64,000 nt of DNA, taken from Anaerohalosphaeraceae bacterium. Its GTDB lineage: Bacteria; Planctomycetota; Phycisphaerae; Sedimentisphaerales; Anaerohalosphaeraceae. The notes under the pieces were generated by a model. The model was not told the DNA's origin, ran no database searches, and saw only the letters and a list, made by a program, of their open reading frames with translations. Location: NCBI GenBank assembly GCA_050309605.1, contig JBNRMN010000052.1, forward strand, positions 1 to 64,000, written 5' to 3'. The position numbers and the translations under genes are program-made. Positions within the stretch are counted from its first letter, which is position 1. Each line of letters begins with the position of its first letter. Of the stretch, positions 33,721-43,936 are shown in pieces.

Positions 33721-35085
33721 TCAATACAACGTATCCACCCCCAACGGACGGGCTGTTTTCCACGCGCCGCGCGTAAAATCGGGGAATTTGACCGGTTCGC
33801 CGTTGCGCGCGACGGATTTTTCGCTCAGCGGAATGACCGCATTCCACACGACCGAGTCATACACATTGATGTCCGGCTGAAGCCCTTTGCGCAGGGCCTG
33901 AATCAAACGATAATCCTCAATGAAATCCATTCCGCCGTGACCGGCCCCGGCGGCATCTTCTTTCAGCTTCGTCCAGACGGGGTGTTCAAACTCGTCAAAA
34001 TACGCCTCCAGCTTGTCCCACTGATGAGAACGGCTTCGACCTTCGATATGCACCAACTGCTCCGGATATTTGCGCGCCAGCCCTCGGGTGCCCTGCACCA
34101 GAAAGTCCCGACTGTAAGGCCGCGGCAGATTGGTGTCATGCTTGCAGATGATGGTCTTGCCGTTTTTCGTGCGAATCAGACACGTATTGACATCCCCCAG
34201 CGCAAATTTCTGATGAACCCATTCGCTGTCCGGATAATGCTCACGGGCATACGCATTCAGCCCGCGCCCTTTGCTGCTGAATGAGACCATATAATCCAGC
34301 GCATCGCCGTGATGAATCCCCATACACCACGCCATCGGGCCGATGCCGTGCTGCGGATACAGATTGCCGTTGCGTTTGATAGAATACTGCAAACGCCACA
34401 TATTGTAATAGTACGTCGGCGACAGTTTCAGCGCCCGCAGATCATGCAGATAGCCGCACTCGCCGTGAATCATCTCACCGAACAGGCCCTTTTGAATCAT
34501 ATTCAAAAGCACCATCTCCGTGTAATCATAACAGCAGTTCTCCATCATCATACAGTGGCGGCGATGTTTCTCCGACGTCTCGACCAGCTCCCAGCAATCG
34601 TCCAGCGACATCGCCAGATTCAGCTCCGTGGCCGCATGCTTGCCGTTTCGCATCGCTGTCAGTGCAATCGGTGCGTGCCATTCCCACGGCGCGGCGCTAT
34701 AGACCAGATCCAGCTCTTCCTGCTCGCACATCCGCTGGAAATCCCGCGGCCCGTCGGTATAGGCCGTCGGTTCCGGATGTCCCGCATCCATCAGGACTTG
34801 TTTGGCCCACGCCGTCCGTTCGGGACGCACGTCACAGACCGCGGCCACCTGACACCCTTCAATTCGCGAAAGATTACGAATATGCCCGCTGCCCATATTG
34901 CCAATCCCGACAAAGCCGACCTTGATCACATCCTTGGGGGGCGTCGGATAATTCAGCATCACAGCCGGTTCGGCCTTGTGAACCGACTGGGCACAGCCGG
35001 AAAGCGTGGCACCGGCAACAACGGCGCCGAAGCCGGCCGCAGCGCTTGTTTTGAACAAATCTCTTCGGTTAATCGAATTTTTCAC
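33721..35085 (-). CDS. Gfo/Idh/MocA-fold glycosidase, GH109 alpha-N-acetylgalactosaminidase-like; Tat lipoprotein
   Basis: GTG start with AGGAG RBS; NRRDLFK Tat motif, LSGC lipobox; GFVGIGNMG, MENCCY, YPQHG, RPYSR, GHGGMD. Confidence 0.87.
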   Translation of the reverse strand: MKNSINRRDLFKTSAAAGFGAVVAGATLSGCAQSVHKAEPAVMLNYPTPPKDVIKVGFVGIGNMGSGHIRNLSRIEGCQVAAVCDVRPERTAWAKQVLMDAGHPEPTAYTDGPRDFQRMCEQEELDLVYSAAPWEWHAPIALTAMRNGKHAATELNLAMSLDDCWELVETSEKHRRHCMMMENCCYDYTEMVLLNMIQKGLFGEMIHGECGYLHDLRALKLSPTYYYNMWRLQYSIKRNGNLYPQHGIGPMAWCMGIHHGDALDYMVSFSSKGRGLNAYAREHYPDSEWVHQKFALGDVNTCLIRTKNGKTIICKHDTNLPRPYSRDFLVQGTRGLARKYPEQLVHIEGRSRSHQWDKLEAYFDEFEHPVWTKLKEDAAGAGHGGMDFIEDYRLIQALRKGLQPDINVYDSVVWNAVIPLSEKSVARNGEPVKFPDFTRGAWKTARPLGVDTLY

Positions 35086-35182
35086 GTTCGCACTCCTGTT
35101 CCTGAAGGGTTGGCGTTCACTGTATTTGAACCGATATTGTCCGCAGCGATCCAAGTGACATCAATTATAAGCGGATTATTTC

Positions 35183-35211
35183 TTGAACCCAATAGACCAA
35201 CGTAATATAAT
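35183..35211 (+). promoter_or_regulatory. Sigma70-type promoter for araC (a divergent TATAAT lies at 35164-35169 on the minus strand)
   Basis: TTGAAC-N17-TATAAT. Confidence 0.65.
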
Positions 35212-35247
35212 GATGGAAAATCGTAACATAAATTGAGGGTTCATACC

Positions 35248-36135
35248 ATGACAACCGGCGAAAAACAAAAGATAAAACGTCAATATACGTCCGGAAAGCC
35301 TGGAAATGTCATTGATGCGGATTACTTCTACTTTGATACAGCCCCGCGGGAGCACAACGATCTGGCCATTGTCTGCGGCGGATACGAAAAATGCGCCCCG
35401 GACTTTGACATCAATCGCAGCAACTATCCCTACTACTTTATCAAATATACCGTCAACGGCAAAGGAACGCTGCACATCGATTCACGGTCCCACGCGCTGC
35501 GGCCGGGAATCCTGACCGGATTCGCCCCGGGCACCCCACACCATTACAAAGCCGACACGGCCAATCCGATGGAACATATTTTCATTACCTTTTTGGGGGA
35601 TGACTGCGCCGACTTGTTCGCAAAAAGCACGCTGGCAGAAAAACACTGCATTCTGTCGGACAACCCCGATGAAACACTGAATCTGCTCAACAAAATCCTG
35701 CTGTTGGGCCATGAAAAAATCGATTATGCACAAGAGATCTGCTGTGCGTATCTGCGCATCCTGCTGTTGGAACAGCCCGCCTATGTGACGCAAAGTAAAG
35801 CCAATTATCCGATTTCCAAAGGCACTTACCTGGACTGCAAACGATACATCGACACCCATTTCTCAACCATTAAATCACCCAGTGAAGTCGCCGAAAAGTG
35901 CGGCATCGACGTCCGCTATTTATCGGTCCTGTTCAAGCGTTACTGCCACATTTCCCCCAGTCAGTACCTCCAGCGGCTCAAACTCAATAAAGCCGCCAAT
36001 TTATTGCTGACCACCGATCTGGCCATTAAAGAAGTCGCTTATCGGGTTGGATTTGAGGATCCCTATCATTTCTCGAAAAATTTCAAAGATCTTCACGGAC
36101 AAGCGCCCAATCATTATCGAAAAAATCACATGTGA
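35248..36135 (+). CDS. AraC family transcriptional regulator, divergent from the HexNAc operon
   Basis: N-terminal cupin (PGTPHHY); C-terminal double HTH YLSVLFKR..ISPSQYL...IKEVAYRVGFEDPYHFSKNFK. Confidence 0.93.
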   Translation: MTTGEKQKIKRQYTSGKPGNVIDADYFYFDTAPREHNDLAIVCGGYEKCAPDFDINRSNYPYYFIKYTVNGKGTLHIDSRSHALRPGILTGFAPGTPHHYKADTANPMEHIFITFLGDDCADLFAKSTLAEKHCILSDNPDETLNLLNKILLLGHEKIDYAQEICCAYLRILLLEQPAYVTQSKANYPISKGTYLDCKRYIDTHFSTIKSPSEVAEKCGIDVRYLSVLFKRYCHISPSQYLQRLKLNKAANLLLTTDLAIKEVAYRVGFEDPYHFSKNFKDLHGQAPNHYRKNHM

Positions 36136-36225
36136 TTCCATCCGAGACGCCCGCCTCCCAAGTCCGCATTGATGGATGTGCTGTCTTGACTGTTTTCGAG
36201 TATCGAGGGTTCTGCATCCGCTCGC

Positions 36226-39006
36226 TCAATCTTCCATCCACGTCGGACCGATAGCGATGTCCACCTTAAGAGGCACCCGCAGCGGCATCGCGCCGGTCAT
36301 TTCGTCTTTAATCCACGCCGCATGCCGTTCGGCCTGGGCCTTCGGCAGTTCAAAAACCAGCTCGTCGTGAATTTGCAGAATCATTTTGACCTCCGGCTGT
36401 GTTTTTTCAATCCGGCGATGAATGTTGACCATCGCCACTTTGATTAAATCGGCGGCGGAACCTTGAATGACCGTATTGACCGCCAGTCGCTCAGCCTGCG
36501 ACCGTACATTATGATTGCGGCTGTTCAGCCCGCTAATGGGACGCCGACGCCCCAAAATCGTCTCGGCATATCCTTGTTTTTGGGCCTTGGCAATGACTTG
36601 GTCCATAAATGCCCGAATCGATTTATAACGCGCAAAATAGTCATTGATAAATTGCCGGGCTTCCTGCTGACTGATGCCGACACTCCGCGCCAAACCGAAC
36701 GGCCCCTGCCCGTAAATGATGCCGAAATTGACCCCTTTGGATTTACTTCGCATCTGTGGCGTAACCTCCTCAATCGGCACACCGTAGATTTGCGAAGCGA
36801 CAAAACTGTGAATATCGCGATCTTCGGCAAACGCCTTGAGCAAGGCCGCATCCCCGGAAAAATGCGCCAGCAGCCGAAGCTCAATCTGCGAATAATCGGC
36901 GCTGAGAATGCAGCCGTCCTCATCTGCGGGCACAAACGCCGCACGAATTCGGCGCCCCAGCTCGGTACGCACCGGAATATTCTGAAGATTCGGATCCGAC
37001 GAGCTGAGCCGACCGGTTGCCGTTACCGTTTGGTTGAAGGAGGCATGCACACGACCGGTCCGCGGGTTGATCAATTGCCCCAGCTTGTCAATATAAGTAT
37101 TCTTGAGTTTGACAAGTTGACGGTATTGCAGAATCAGCGGGACAATCTCATGCCGACCGGCCAACTGCTCCAGCACACCAACGTCAGTGCTGCGTTGAGT
37201 CTTGCCGGACTTGATGCTTTCCAGGCCGAGCCGATCAAACAAAATTTCGCCAAGCTGCCTGGGAGAATCTATGTTAAACGACACCCCCGCCAACTGAAAT
37301 ATTGTGTCGGTCAGTTCACCGATTGTATCGGAAATATCGTTGCTCATGCGCCGCAGCAGCGCCGTATCCAGCGACACACCATTGGCCTCCATACGGGCCA
37401 GCACCTCCACCAGCGGCATCTCAACCGTTTCGAATAATTTTTTCAAGGCCGGCTGGGCATCGAGCCGCCGTGAAAGATACGCATAAAGCTGCCATGTCAC
37501 ATCGGCATCCTCGGCGGCATAATCGCACGCGGCCTGCGTATCTATCTGATCAAACGTGCGCTGGTTCTTTCCTTTGCCAATGAGCGACGTGATGGCAATC
37601 GGCTCATACCCCAGGTAATCCCGACTCATTGCATCCATCGAATGACTGCCGCGATCCGGCGACAGACAATACGAGGCCACCATCGTATCAAACACGCCGC
37701 CCTCCGAGACGGCGACCGGCATACCGGCATTTTCCAGCACAAGCCAGTCGTACTTAAGGTTCTGGGCGACTTTATACCGCGTCGCATCCGCCAAAATCGG
37801 CCCTATAGCCGTCTTGACATCCTCCAGTTCAAGGCGATTTTGCCCCAGCGGTGCTCGAACTGGCAGATACCACCCCGTGTGTGCCTGCCACGAAAAACTC
37901 AACCCCGCCAGATCGGCCCGCATTGCATCAATGTGTGTCGTTTCGGTGTCAAAGGCGAACTGTTTCTGCGTTTTCAGTGCGTTGACAAAAGCATCCAGTT
38001 TCTCCGGTGTATCGACCAGATGATACACCTTGTTGGCCGGTCGCACCGACGGCGGCTCACGATCATCTTCAAAAAGGCTGCCCTGTCCTTTTCGCGCGAC
38101 GGGCGGCTGGCCGGCATTCGACGGCGAGGCGTTCGAGCCATCGGCCTTTAGCCCCATCTGCGACAGCAGCCGGGTAAACCCCAGCTCCGAAAACACCGCC
38201 GCCAGTCGTTCCTTGTCCGCCTCGGATACCCGGAACAGCGACTGGTCAAACGCGACCGGCGCATCGCAATGGAGAGTCACCAGCTCGCGGCTTAACTCAA
38301 TCTTATCTTTATTGGCGCGCAGATTGTCGCCCCGCTTACCCTTGATTTCATCGGCGTGGGCCAACAGCGCATCCAGCGACCCGTATTTTTTGATCCAGTC
38401 CATCGCCGTCTTCGGCCCGACATCCGGCACGCCCGGCACGTTGTCGGCGGTATCGCCCTGCAGCGCCAGTACATCCACAAACTGCTCAGGCCGAAGCCCC
38501 GTCTCGGCCAGCAGCGCTTCGGGATCGGTCTTTTTACCGGTCTTGATGTCGTAGGCAAACACCGACGGCCCCAAAACCTGAAGCATATCCTTGTCTTTGG
38601 AACAGATATACACCTCCACGCCCCGTTTGACAGCGGCCGCGGCCAGCGTCCCCATCACATCATCGGCCTCATAACCGTCCACCCGCAGCATGGGAATCCG
38701 CAGCGCTTCAAGAATCTGCTCAATACGGGCAATCTGCCCCGGCATATCTTCCGGCATCGGCGGACGATGAGCCTTGTACTCCGGATAAATCGACGTGCGG
38801 AAACCGGGCGTCTTGGAGTCCATCGCCACGACCAGCATATCCGGCTTTTCCCGCTCCAGCAGGCCCAGCAGCGCCGTGGTAAACACATACACCGCTTTGG
38901 TCGGTTCGCCGTTGGGCGCATTAAGCGGACGCATCGGAGCATAATAGGCCGAATAAATATGGGCATGCCCGTCGATGATAAACAAACGCGGCGTTTTCTT
39001 CGTCAT
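36226..39006 (-). CDS. polA: DNA polymerase I
   Basis: 5'-3' exonuclease IIDGH/EADDV, 3'-5' exonuclease FDTETT, ADYSQIELR, KGVNFGIIYG, LQIHDELVFE. Confidence 0.98.
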   Translation of the reverse strand: MTKKTPRLFIIDGHAHIYSAYYAPMRPLNAPNGEPTKAVYVFTTALLGLLEREKPDMLVVAMDSKTPGFRTSIYPEYKAHRPPMPEDMPGQIARIEQILEALRIPMLRVDGYEADDVMGTLAAAAVKRGVEVYICSKDKDMLQVLGPSVFAYDIKTGKKTDPEALLAETGLRPEQFVDVLALQGDTADNVPGVPDVGPKTAMDWIKKYGSLDALLAHADEIKGKRGDNLRANKDKIELSRELVTLHCDAPVAFDQSLFRVSEADKERLAAVFSELGFTRLLSQMGLKADGSNASPSNAGQPPVARKGQGSLFEDDREPPSVRPANKVYHLVDTPEKLDAFVNALKTQKQFAFDTETTHIDAMRADLAGLSFSWQAHTGWYLPVRAPLGQNRLELEDVKTAIGPILADATRYKVAQNLKYDWLVLENAGMPVAVSEGGVFDTMVASYCLSPDRGSHSMDAMSRDYLGYEPIAITSLIGKGKNQRTFDQIDTQAACDYAAEDADVTWQLYAYLSRRLDAQPALKKLFETVEMPLVEVLARMEANGVSLDTALLRRMSNDISDTIGELTDTIFQLAGVSFNIDSPRQLGEILFDRLGLESIKSGKTQRSTDVGVLEQLAGRHEIVPLILQYRQLVKLKNTYIDKLGQLINPRTGRVHASFNQTVTATGRLSSSDPNLQNIPVRTELGRRIRAAFVPADEDGCILSADYSQIELRLLAHFSGDAALLKAFAEDRDIHSFVASQIYGVPIEEVTPQMRSKSKGVNFGIIYGQGPFGLARSVGISQQEARQFINDYFARYKSIRAFMDQVIAKAQKQGYAETILGRRRPISGLNSRNHNVRSQAERLAVNTVIQGSAADLIKVAMVNIHRRIEKTQPEVKMILQIHDELVFELPKAQAERHAAWIKDEMTGAMPLRVPLKVDIAIGPTWMED

Positions 39007-39062
39007 GCGGACCTTCGCTTTCGCTCAAATTCAAAACACCCACGGTCAAAATGCAGCGCAGG

Positions 39063-40379
39063 TCAACCGTTATTCTTCATAATCCAGCCGGTCAGTTGAT
39101 CCACCCGGTCGCGAAACGCAGCGTCGGACTTATACAATTGCTCGATCTTGCTGCAGGCATGGACGACCGTCGAATGATCACGCCCGCCCAGATGGCCGCC
39201 GATCTCTTCGAGACTGTGTCGGGTCAGATTGCGCGCCAGATACATACAAACCTGACGCGGCAGTGCGATGCTTTGGCTGCGTTTTTTGCTTTGCAGGTCG
39301 GTGATGCGTACATCGTACTGTTCGCTGACCGCACGCACGATATCGCTCATCGCGATGCTGCGCCCGGCGGCAGCCTCCTGAACACCGAGCGCCTGTTTGG
39401 CCAGTTCCAGCGTTATCGGCTGACCGGCGGCGCGAGCCGTGGCGTAGATCACCGTCAGCGCCCCTTCTAACTCGCGAATGTTGGTCTTGATTTGCTCGGC
39501 AATCAGCTCGGCCACGTTGTCCGGCAGCGTCAGACCGCGAAGATGAGCCTTCTTTTTGACAATAGCAATCCGCGTTTCATAGCTGGGCGGATCCAGCCGC
39601 GCGACCAGCCCCCACTTGAAACGGCTGATGAGCCGATCTTCCAGCGCCGCCAGGTCCTGCGGTGCGCTGTCGGCGGTCAGAACGATTTGTTTACGATTGT
39701 TGTACAGCGCGTTGAAGGTATGAAAAAATTCTTCCTGACTCTGTTCCCGCTCGCGAAGAAACTGAATATCATCGATGATCAGAATATCGACGTTGCGATA
39801 CTGATTTTGAAACTCCGGCAGGTTGCCCTGCTCAATGGCACTGATGAATCCATTGACAAACTGCTCGCAACTGTGAAATTCGATGCGCAGATAGGGCGAC
39901 CGTTTATGCGCGTCGTGGCAAACCGCGTGCAGCAGGTGCGTCTTGCCCAGGCCGACGTTGCCGTATAAAAACAGCGGATTGTAAATCACCCCGGGGTTTT
40001 GACTGACGGCGATACAACTGGCGTGTGCCAACCGATTGCACGGGCCGACCACAAAACTGTCAAATGTATAATCCGGATGAAGACGCACCTGCGGCTGAAC
40101 AACGACCGCATCAGCGGGACTGTGCTGTGTTCCGGTAACAACAAATTGAACGCCGACCAAATGCCCCGTGATACGCTGAGCCGCCTGCGTAAAAGCCGCC
40201 AGACAGCGTTCGTGCAAATACTGAGCCCACGACGGATCTGAGCAGCCCACCTGCAGCAGCCCCCCGTCAAACGACACCGGCGTCAGTTCATCAAACCACT
40301 TGCGGGTATTGACCGGATCGACGGATCGCACCTGTTCGAGTATGCGCTCCAGAATTTCAGATGTATCCTGAACGACCAA
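39063..40379 (-). CDS. dnaA: Chromosomal replication initiator DnaA
   Basis: YTFDSFVVG..N, NPLFLYGNVGLGKTHL, IDDIQF, QEEFFHTFN, IRELEGAL, GGRDHSTVVHA; TTG start with GAGGT RBS. Confidence 0.97.
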   Translation of the reverse strand: MVVQDTSEILERILEQVRSVDPVNTRKWFDELTPVSFDGGLLQVGCSDPSWAQYLHERCLAAFTQAAQRITGHLVGVQFVVTGTQHSPADAVVVQPQVRLHPDYTFDSFVVGPCNRLAHASCIAVSQNPGVIYNPLFLYGNVGLGKTHLLHAVCHDAHKRSPYLRIEFHSCEQFVNGFISAIEQGNLPEFQNQYRNVDILIIDDIQFLREREQSQEEFFHTFNALYNNRKQIVLTADSAPQDLAALEDRLISRFKWGLVARLDPPSYETRIAIVKKKAHLRGLTLPDNVAELIAEQIKTNIRELEGALTVIYATARAAGQPITLELAKQALGVQEAAAGRSIAMSDIVRAVSEQYDVRITDLQSKKRSQSIALPRQVCMYLARNLTRHSLEEIGGHLGGRDHSTVVHACSKIEQLYKSDAAFRDRVDQLTGWIMKNNG

Positions 40380-40655
40380 TGGTAACCTCGTTTATCCTGA
40401 ATGGCCTAAAAGACCGAAATCTTGATTTCTCGTCTCTACAAACAGGCCGAACGGGAAACAAAGCCCCCTTTTTCTGTCAGAAATTGCGGTTGCCATCTCC
40501 ACCGTCAGCCAAAAAACAAACTGTACCGCCTCTGCGAAACATTGTCAAAGAAATTTACCGCAGCGCAGCAAACAGCGCAAATCCCCCCTGTTGACGGCGA
40601 TGACGCCGGTTTGAACAACACCCGGATCAGCGGACGGCGGCACTGTCCGGTCAGG

Positions 40656-41213
40656 TCAACGCGGCCACAACGCAATCATCGGCTCGGCCACGGCATTGGC
40701 TTTTTCCTCGCCCATCAACTGCCGCACCAACTCCAGCGCAAACTCCAGTGCCGTTCCCGGCCCCTGGCTGGTCACACAACGCCCATCGACCACGACGCGC
40801 CGGGCCGCACAGGCGGCATCCGGCAGGGCATCGGCAAACGACGGATAACACGTCGCGTTTTGAGGCAGCAAACCGTGATGGGCCAGAACTACCGCCGGCG
40901 AGGCGCATATCGCCGCATACCAGCCGCCTCGCTGTTTCTGGGTCTTGAGCAGTTCAATCAGCATCTGACTGTCCCGCAGGTGTTCGGCGCCCGGCATGCC
41001 GCCGGGCAAGACGATGCAGGTGTAGGTTTTATCGGCGCATTGAGCGATCTGAGCATCAGCCGTCAGCTTGACACCCCGTGAGGCAGTGATCTGAAGCGAA
41101 CCGACCGACGCAACCGTGACCTCAGCGCCGGCCCGACGCAGCACATCAATCACCGTCACCGCCTCCAGCTCCTCAATCCCGTCGGCAATCGCAACAAGTA
41201 TATTCACACCCAT
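40656..41213 (-). CDS. DJ-1/PfpI family protein (YajL/ThiJ-like)
   Basis: GIEELEAV..IDVLRRAG, LPGGMPGA, AICASP, TSQGPGTA. Confidence 0.92.
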   Translation of the reverse strand: MGVNILVAIADGIEELEAVTVIDVLRRAGAEVTVASVGSLQITASRGVKLTADAQIAQCADKTYTCIVLPGGMPGAEHLRDSQMLIELLKTQKQRGGWYAAICASPAVVLAHHGLLPQNATCYPSFADALPDAACAARRVVVDGRCVTSQGPGTALEFALELVRQLMGEEKANAVAEPMIALWPR

Positions 41214-41249
41214 TGAAATCCCCTTTCTGCATTCTGAGTTCCGTGTTCC

Positions 41250-42059
41250 TTACAGCAGCGGACGCAGCGTCCAGAATGTTTTATACACCGCGTCAAGGAC
41301 GACGGCAAATACATAATTCATCGCCAGAATCGTCATAAAGCTGCCGACAAACGCCTCGGTACAGGCCTGCCCGACGCCCTGAGCGCCTTCCCGACAGGTA
41401 AACCCCTTGTAACAGCTAATCAACGCAATCGCCCCGCCGAAAAAGAACCCTTTTAATATACCCGTGCAGACGTCCCATAGTTCGACGCCCTGGGCACTGT
41501 AATCCCAGTACGCCCCCGCATTGATATTCAGTTGAGAAACGCTGATAAAATAGCCGCCCAAAATACCCAAAAAATCGGCGTAGATAATCAAAAACGGCGT
41601 CAACAGCAGGCACGCCAGCACCCGCGGCGCGACCAGATACATCATCGGATCGGTCCCCATACTCCGCACCGCCGCGATCTGTTCGGTAACATTCATCGTT
41701 CCCAGCTCGGCCGTCAGCGCCCCGCCGACCCGCCCGGCCAGCATCACCGCCGCCAACACCGGCCCCAGCTCCTTGACGACCGCGATATTGATCAAAACAC
41801 CAAGCCGCTCTTCCAGCCCCATCGCGGCCAGTTGACCAAAGGCCTGAATCGCCAAAATCATCCCGACAAACGCCCCCGTGGCCATAATGACCGGAACGCT
41901 GTGGACCCCGATCGCATTCATCTGGGTCAAAACGAATCCATAATAGCGGGGCTTGAAAATAATCTTGGCAATGGCACTGAGCGACCCGCCGGCAAACCGG
42001 ACAAACCGCCCCAGCCGCTCGATACCGTTGATTGTGTTGGCGCCGACTCGTTCAAGCAT
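41250..42059 (-). CDS. mlaE: MlaE family ABC transporter permease
   Basis: KELGPVLAAVMLAGRVGGALTAELGTM.VTEQI.A.RSMG.DP..YLVAPR. Confidence 0.9.
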   Translation of the reverse strand: MLERVGANTINGIERLGRFVRFAGGSLSAIAKIIFKPRYYGFVLTQMNAIGVHSVPVIMATGAFVGMILAIQAFGQLAAMGLEERLGVLINIAVVKELGPVLAAVMLAGRVGGALTAELGTMNVTEQIAAVRSMGTDPMMYLVAPRVLACLLLTPFLIIYADFLGILGGYFISVSQLNINAGAYWDYSAQGVELWDVCTGILKGFFFGGAIALISCYKGFTCREGAQGVGQACTEAFVGSFMTILAMNYVFAVVLDAVYKTFWTLRPLL

Positions 42060-42490
42060 CGTTCAAAAGGTCTTCAAATAATTCACGTCCTGCGTTTTCT
42101 TATTGGTTTATCGAACTGAAGTTACACAAACCTTTACAGAAACTGCCCAGGGAAATCTGTAAGGCCCCATTTATTCAAAAACCCCAACCATTCTTTTCTA
42201 AGTTTCCCATATTAACATCTGTAAAAAAGTTGACCTATCCAGAGAAAACAAACTCTTGTTTTATCGGTCTCGAATTTTTCGAATTTATATTAACCTATTT
42301 CAATAAATAGTTTACAAACAAATCACTGATTCCTCAAAAAAATCTCCAAATACCCCATATTGCCCATTTTAACTAAAGTTTTCACCCCCTCCATCCGATA
42401 GCAACCTGAAGACAAAGCAGCCAGATTAACAGACAAAAGGGAAAATTGGTAAAATAAGAAACTTTGAAACATTCAAAAAGAGAGGAACCT

Positions 42491-43213
42491 ATGATCAAGC
42501 AATTCATCCGCGAGCGTTATCTGGAAGCCCTTCTGACCGGTGATCGTCAAGCCTGCCGCAATATCATTGAAGAGGCCCTTCAGGGTGGAACAATGGCGAT
42601 TCAAATCTATATGGACATCATCTGGCCGATGATGGTCGAAATTGACGACTTATATCGTCAGGATCGCATTATGCCCGCTCAGGAGGCCCTGGCCTCACGG
42701 ATCAACCGCAGCATCGTCAATCAGTTACAAAACAAGCTGCCCCGCCGCCCCGTTACCGACAGACGCATCGTCATTGTCACAGCCGAAAGCGAGCAAGCGG
42801 AACTGGGGGGACAAATGACCTGTGATCTGTTTGAAAGCGACGGCTGGCGATGCCGATTCCTCGGCGGCAAAGTCAACAACGAAGATATTCTGGAGTTTAT
42901 TCACAGTTATGCACCCGATGTCCTGCTGTTGTACGGCTTTAACGGCAAGGACGCCCCGTCGGTACGCGAATTAATCGACCGCATTCGTCAAATTAACGCC
43001 TGGCCGGACATGCGAATTATGCTCTCCGGCGGGGTCTTTAAGCGGGCCGAAGGGCTGTGGGAAGAAATCGGTGCCGATCTGTATGCCGAAACTGCCGCCG
43101 AGGCGGTCCACATCGCCTCGCTTCCGGCTGAAGACCTGCCCGCACCGGTACGCACCATCAAGCAGCGAGGACGCTGCCAATCGAACCCCGAACCTGTCTC
43201 GGTCGCAAGCTGA
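42491..43213 (+). CDS. Cobalamin-binding-domain-like protein (helical cap + Rossmann domain), His ligands absent
   Basis: YLEALLTGDR, I.P.MVEI..LY, LGGQM..DLFESDGW...LG, IMLSGG, IGADLYAETA; GAGGA RBS. Confidence 0.75.
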   Translation: MIKQFIRERYLEALLTGDRQACRNIIEEALQGGTMAIQIYMDIIWPMMVEIDDLYRQDRIMPAQEALASRINRSIVNQLQNKLPRRPVTDRRIVIVTAESEQAELGGQMTCDLFESDGWRCRFLGGKVNNEDILEFIHSYAPDVLLLYGFNGKDAPSVRELIDRIRQINAWPDMRIMLSGGVFKRAEGLWEEIGADLYAETAAEAVHIASLPAEDLPAPVRTIKQRGRCQSNPEPVSVAS

Positions 43214-43317
43214 AAGAAAGCCAAACAATCAAACTGGATTCAGACGAGTGGACGGGCAACAAATCGCTCATTCTGGACTTTTCTTTGCTGAAATAGAAAA
43301 AACTTTCTAAAAACCTG

Positions 43318-43346
43318 TTGCAAACCCACCCCTGAGTCGCTATAAG
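43318..43346 (+). promoter_or_regulatory. Possible sigma70-type promoter for the PTS IIA gene
   Basis: TTGCAA-N17-TATAAG. Confidence 0.45.
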
Positions 43347-43403
43347 GATGTCTTTTATGTGTGTTCAGACGGTCAATTAAACTTTTTGAAATAAAATACG
43401 CTT

Positions 43404-43862
43404 ATGATTCTGACACAAATACTTCAGCCGTCCTGTATCAAGGCGCCCCTTGAGAGCAAAGAAAAGGATGCCGCCATTGAGGAACTCATCAATGTGCTTT
43501 CGGATGCCGGCTTGCTGAGCGACCGTACCGAGGCCCTTGAGGCCGTGATGGCCCGCGAAATGACGCGCAGCACCGGTATCGGATCGGGCATCGCCATCCC
43601 CCACGGCAAATGTGCCGCCGCCAAAGAACTGGTCATGGCCATCGGCATCGCCGCAGACCCCATCGAATTCGACAGCATTGACAACAAGCCGGTCCAGATC
43701 ATCGTGCTGCTCGTTTCGCCGCCCGATCAAACCGGTCCGCATATCCAGGCGCTGGCTCGCATCAGTCGGCTGCTGCTGGATGCCCAGTTCAAAGCACAGC
43801 TTGAAAAAGCATCCTCGCCGGAAGAAGTCTATTCACTGATCAGCACCAAAGAATCCCAATAA
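43404..43862 (+). CDS. PTS EIIA component (fructose/Ntr-type)
   Basis: [39 protein letters not shown]. Confidence 0.92.
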   Translation: MILTQILQPSCIKAPLESKEKDAAIEELINVLSDAGLLSDRTEALEAVMAREMTRSTGIGSGIAIPHGKCAAAKELVMAIGIAADPIEFDSIDNKPVQIIVLLVSPPDQTGPHIQALARISRLLLDAQFKAQLEKASSPEEVYSLISTKESQ

Positions 43863-43936
43863 AGCCGTCCTCTCCATCGGCCCAGGGCGCACCGCGTTAA
43901 AGACAAGACAAAATAACGAACTGGCTGCTTTGTAAA

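Noticed and set aside
40380..42490. oriC near dnaA or in the AT-rich gap at 42060-42490
   Set aside because: No cluster of DnaA boxes found by eye; degenerate boxes cannot be excluded
42060..42490. Cobalamin riboswitch upstream of the B12-binding-like gene
   Set aside because: Only a loose ACTGCCC...CTGTAA resemblance; the conserved core order and B12 box are missing
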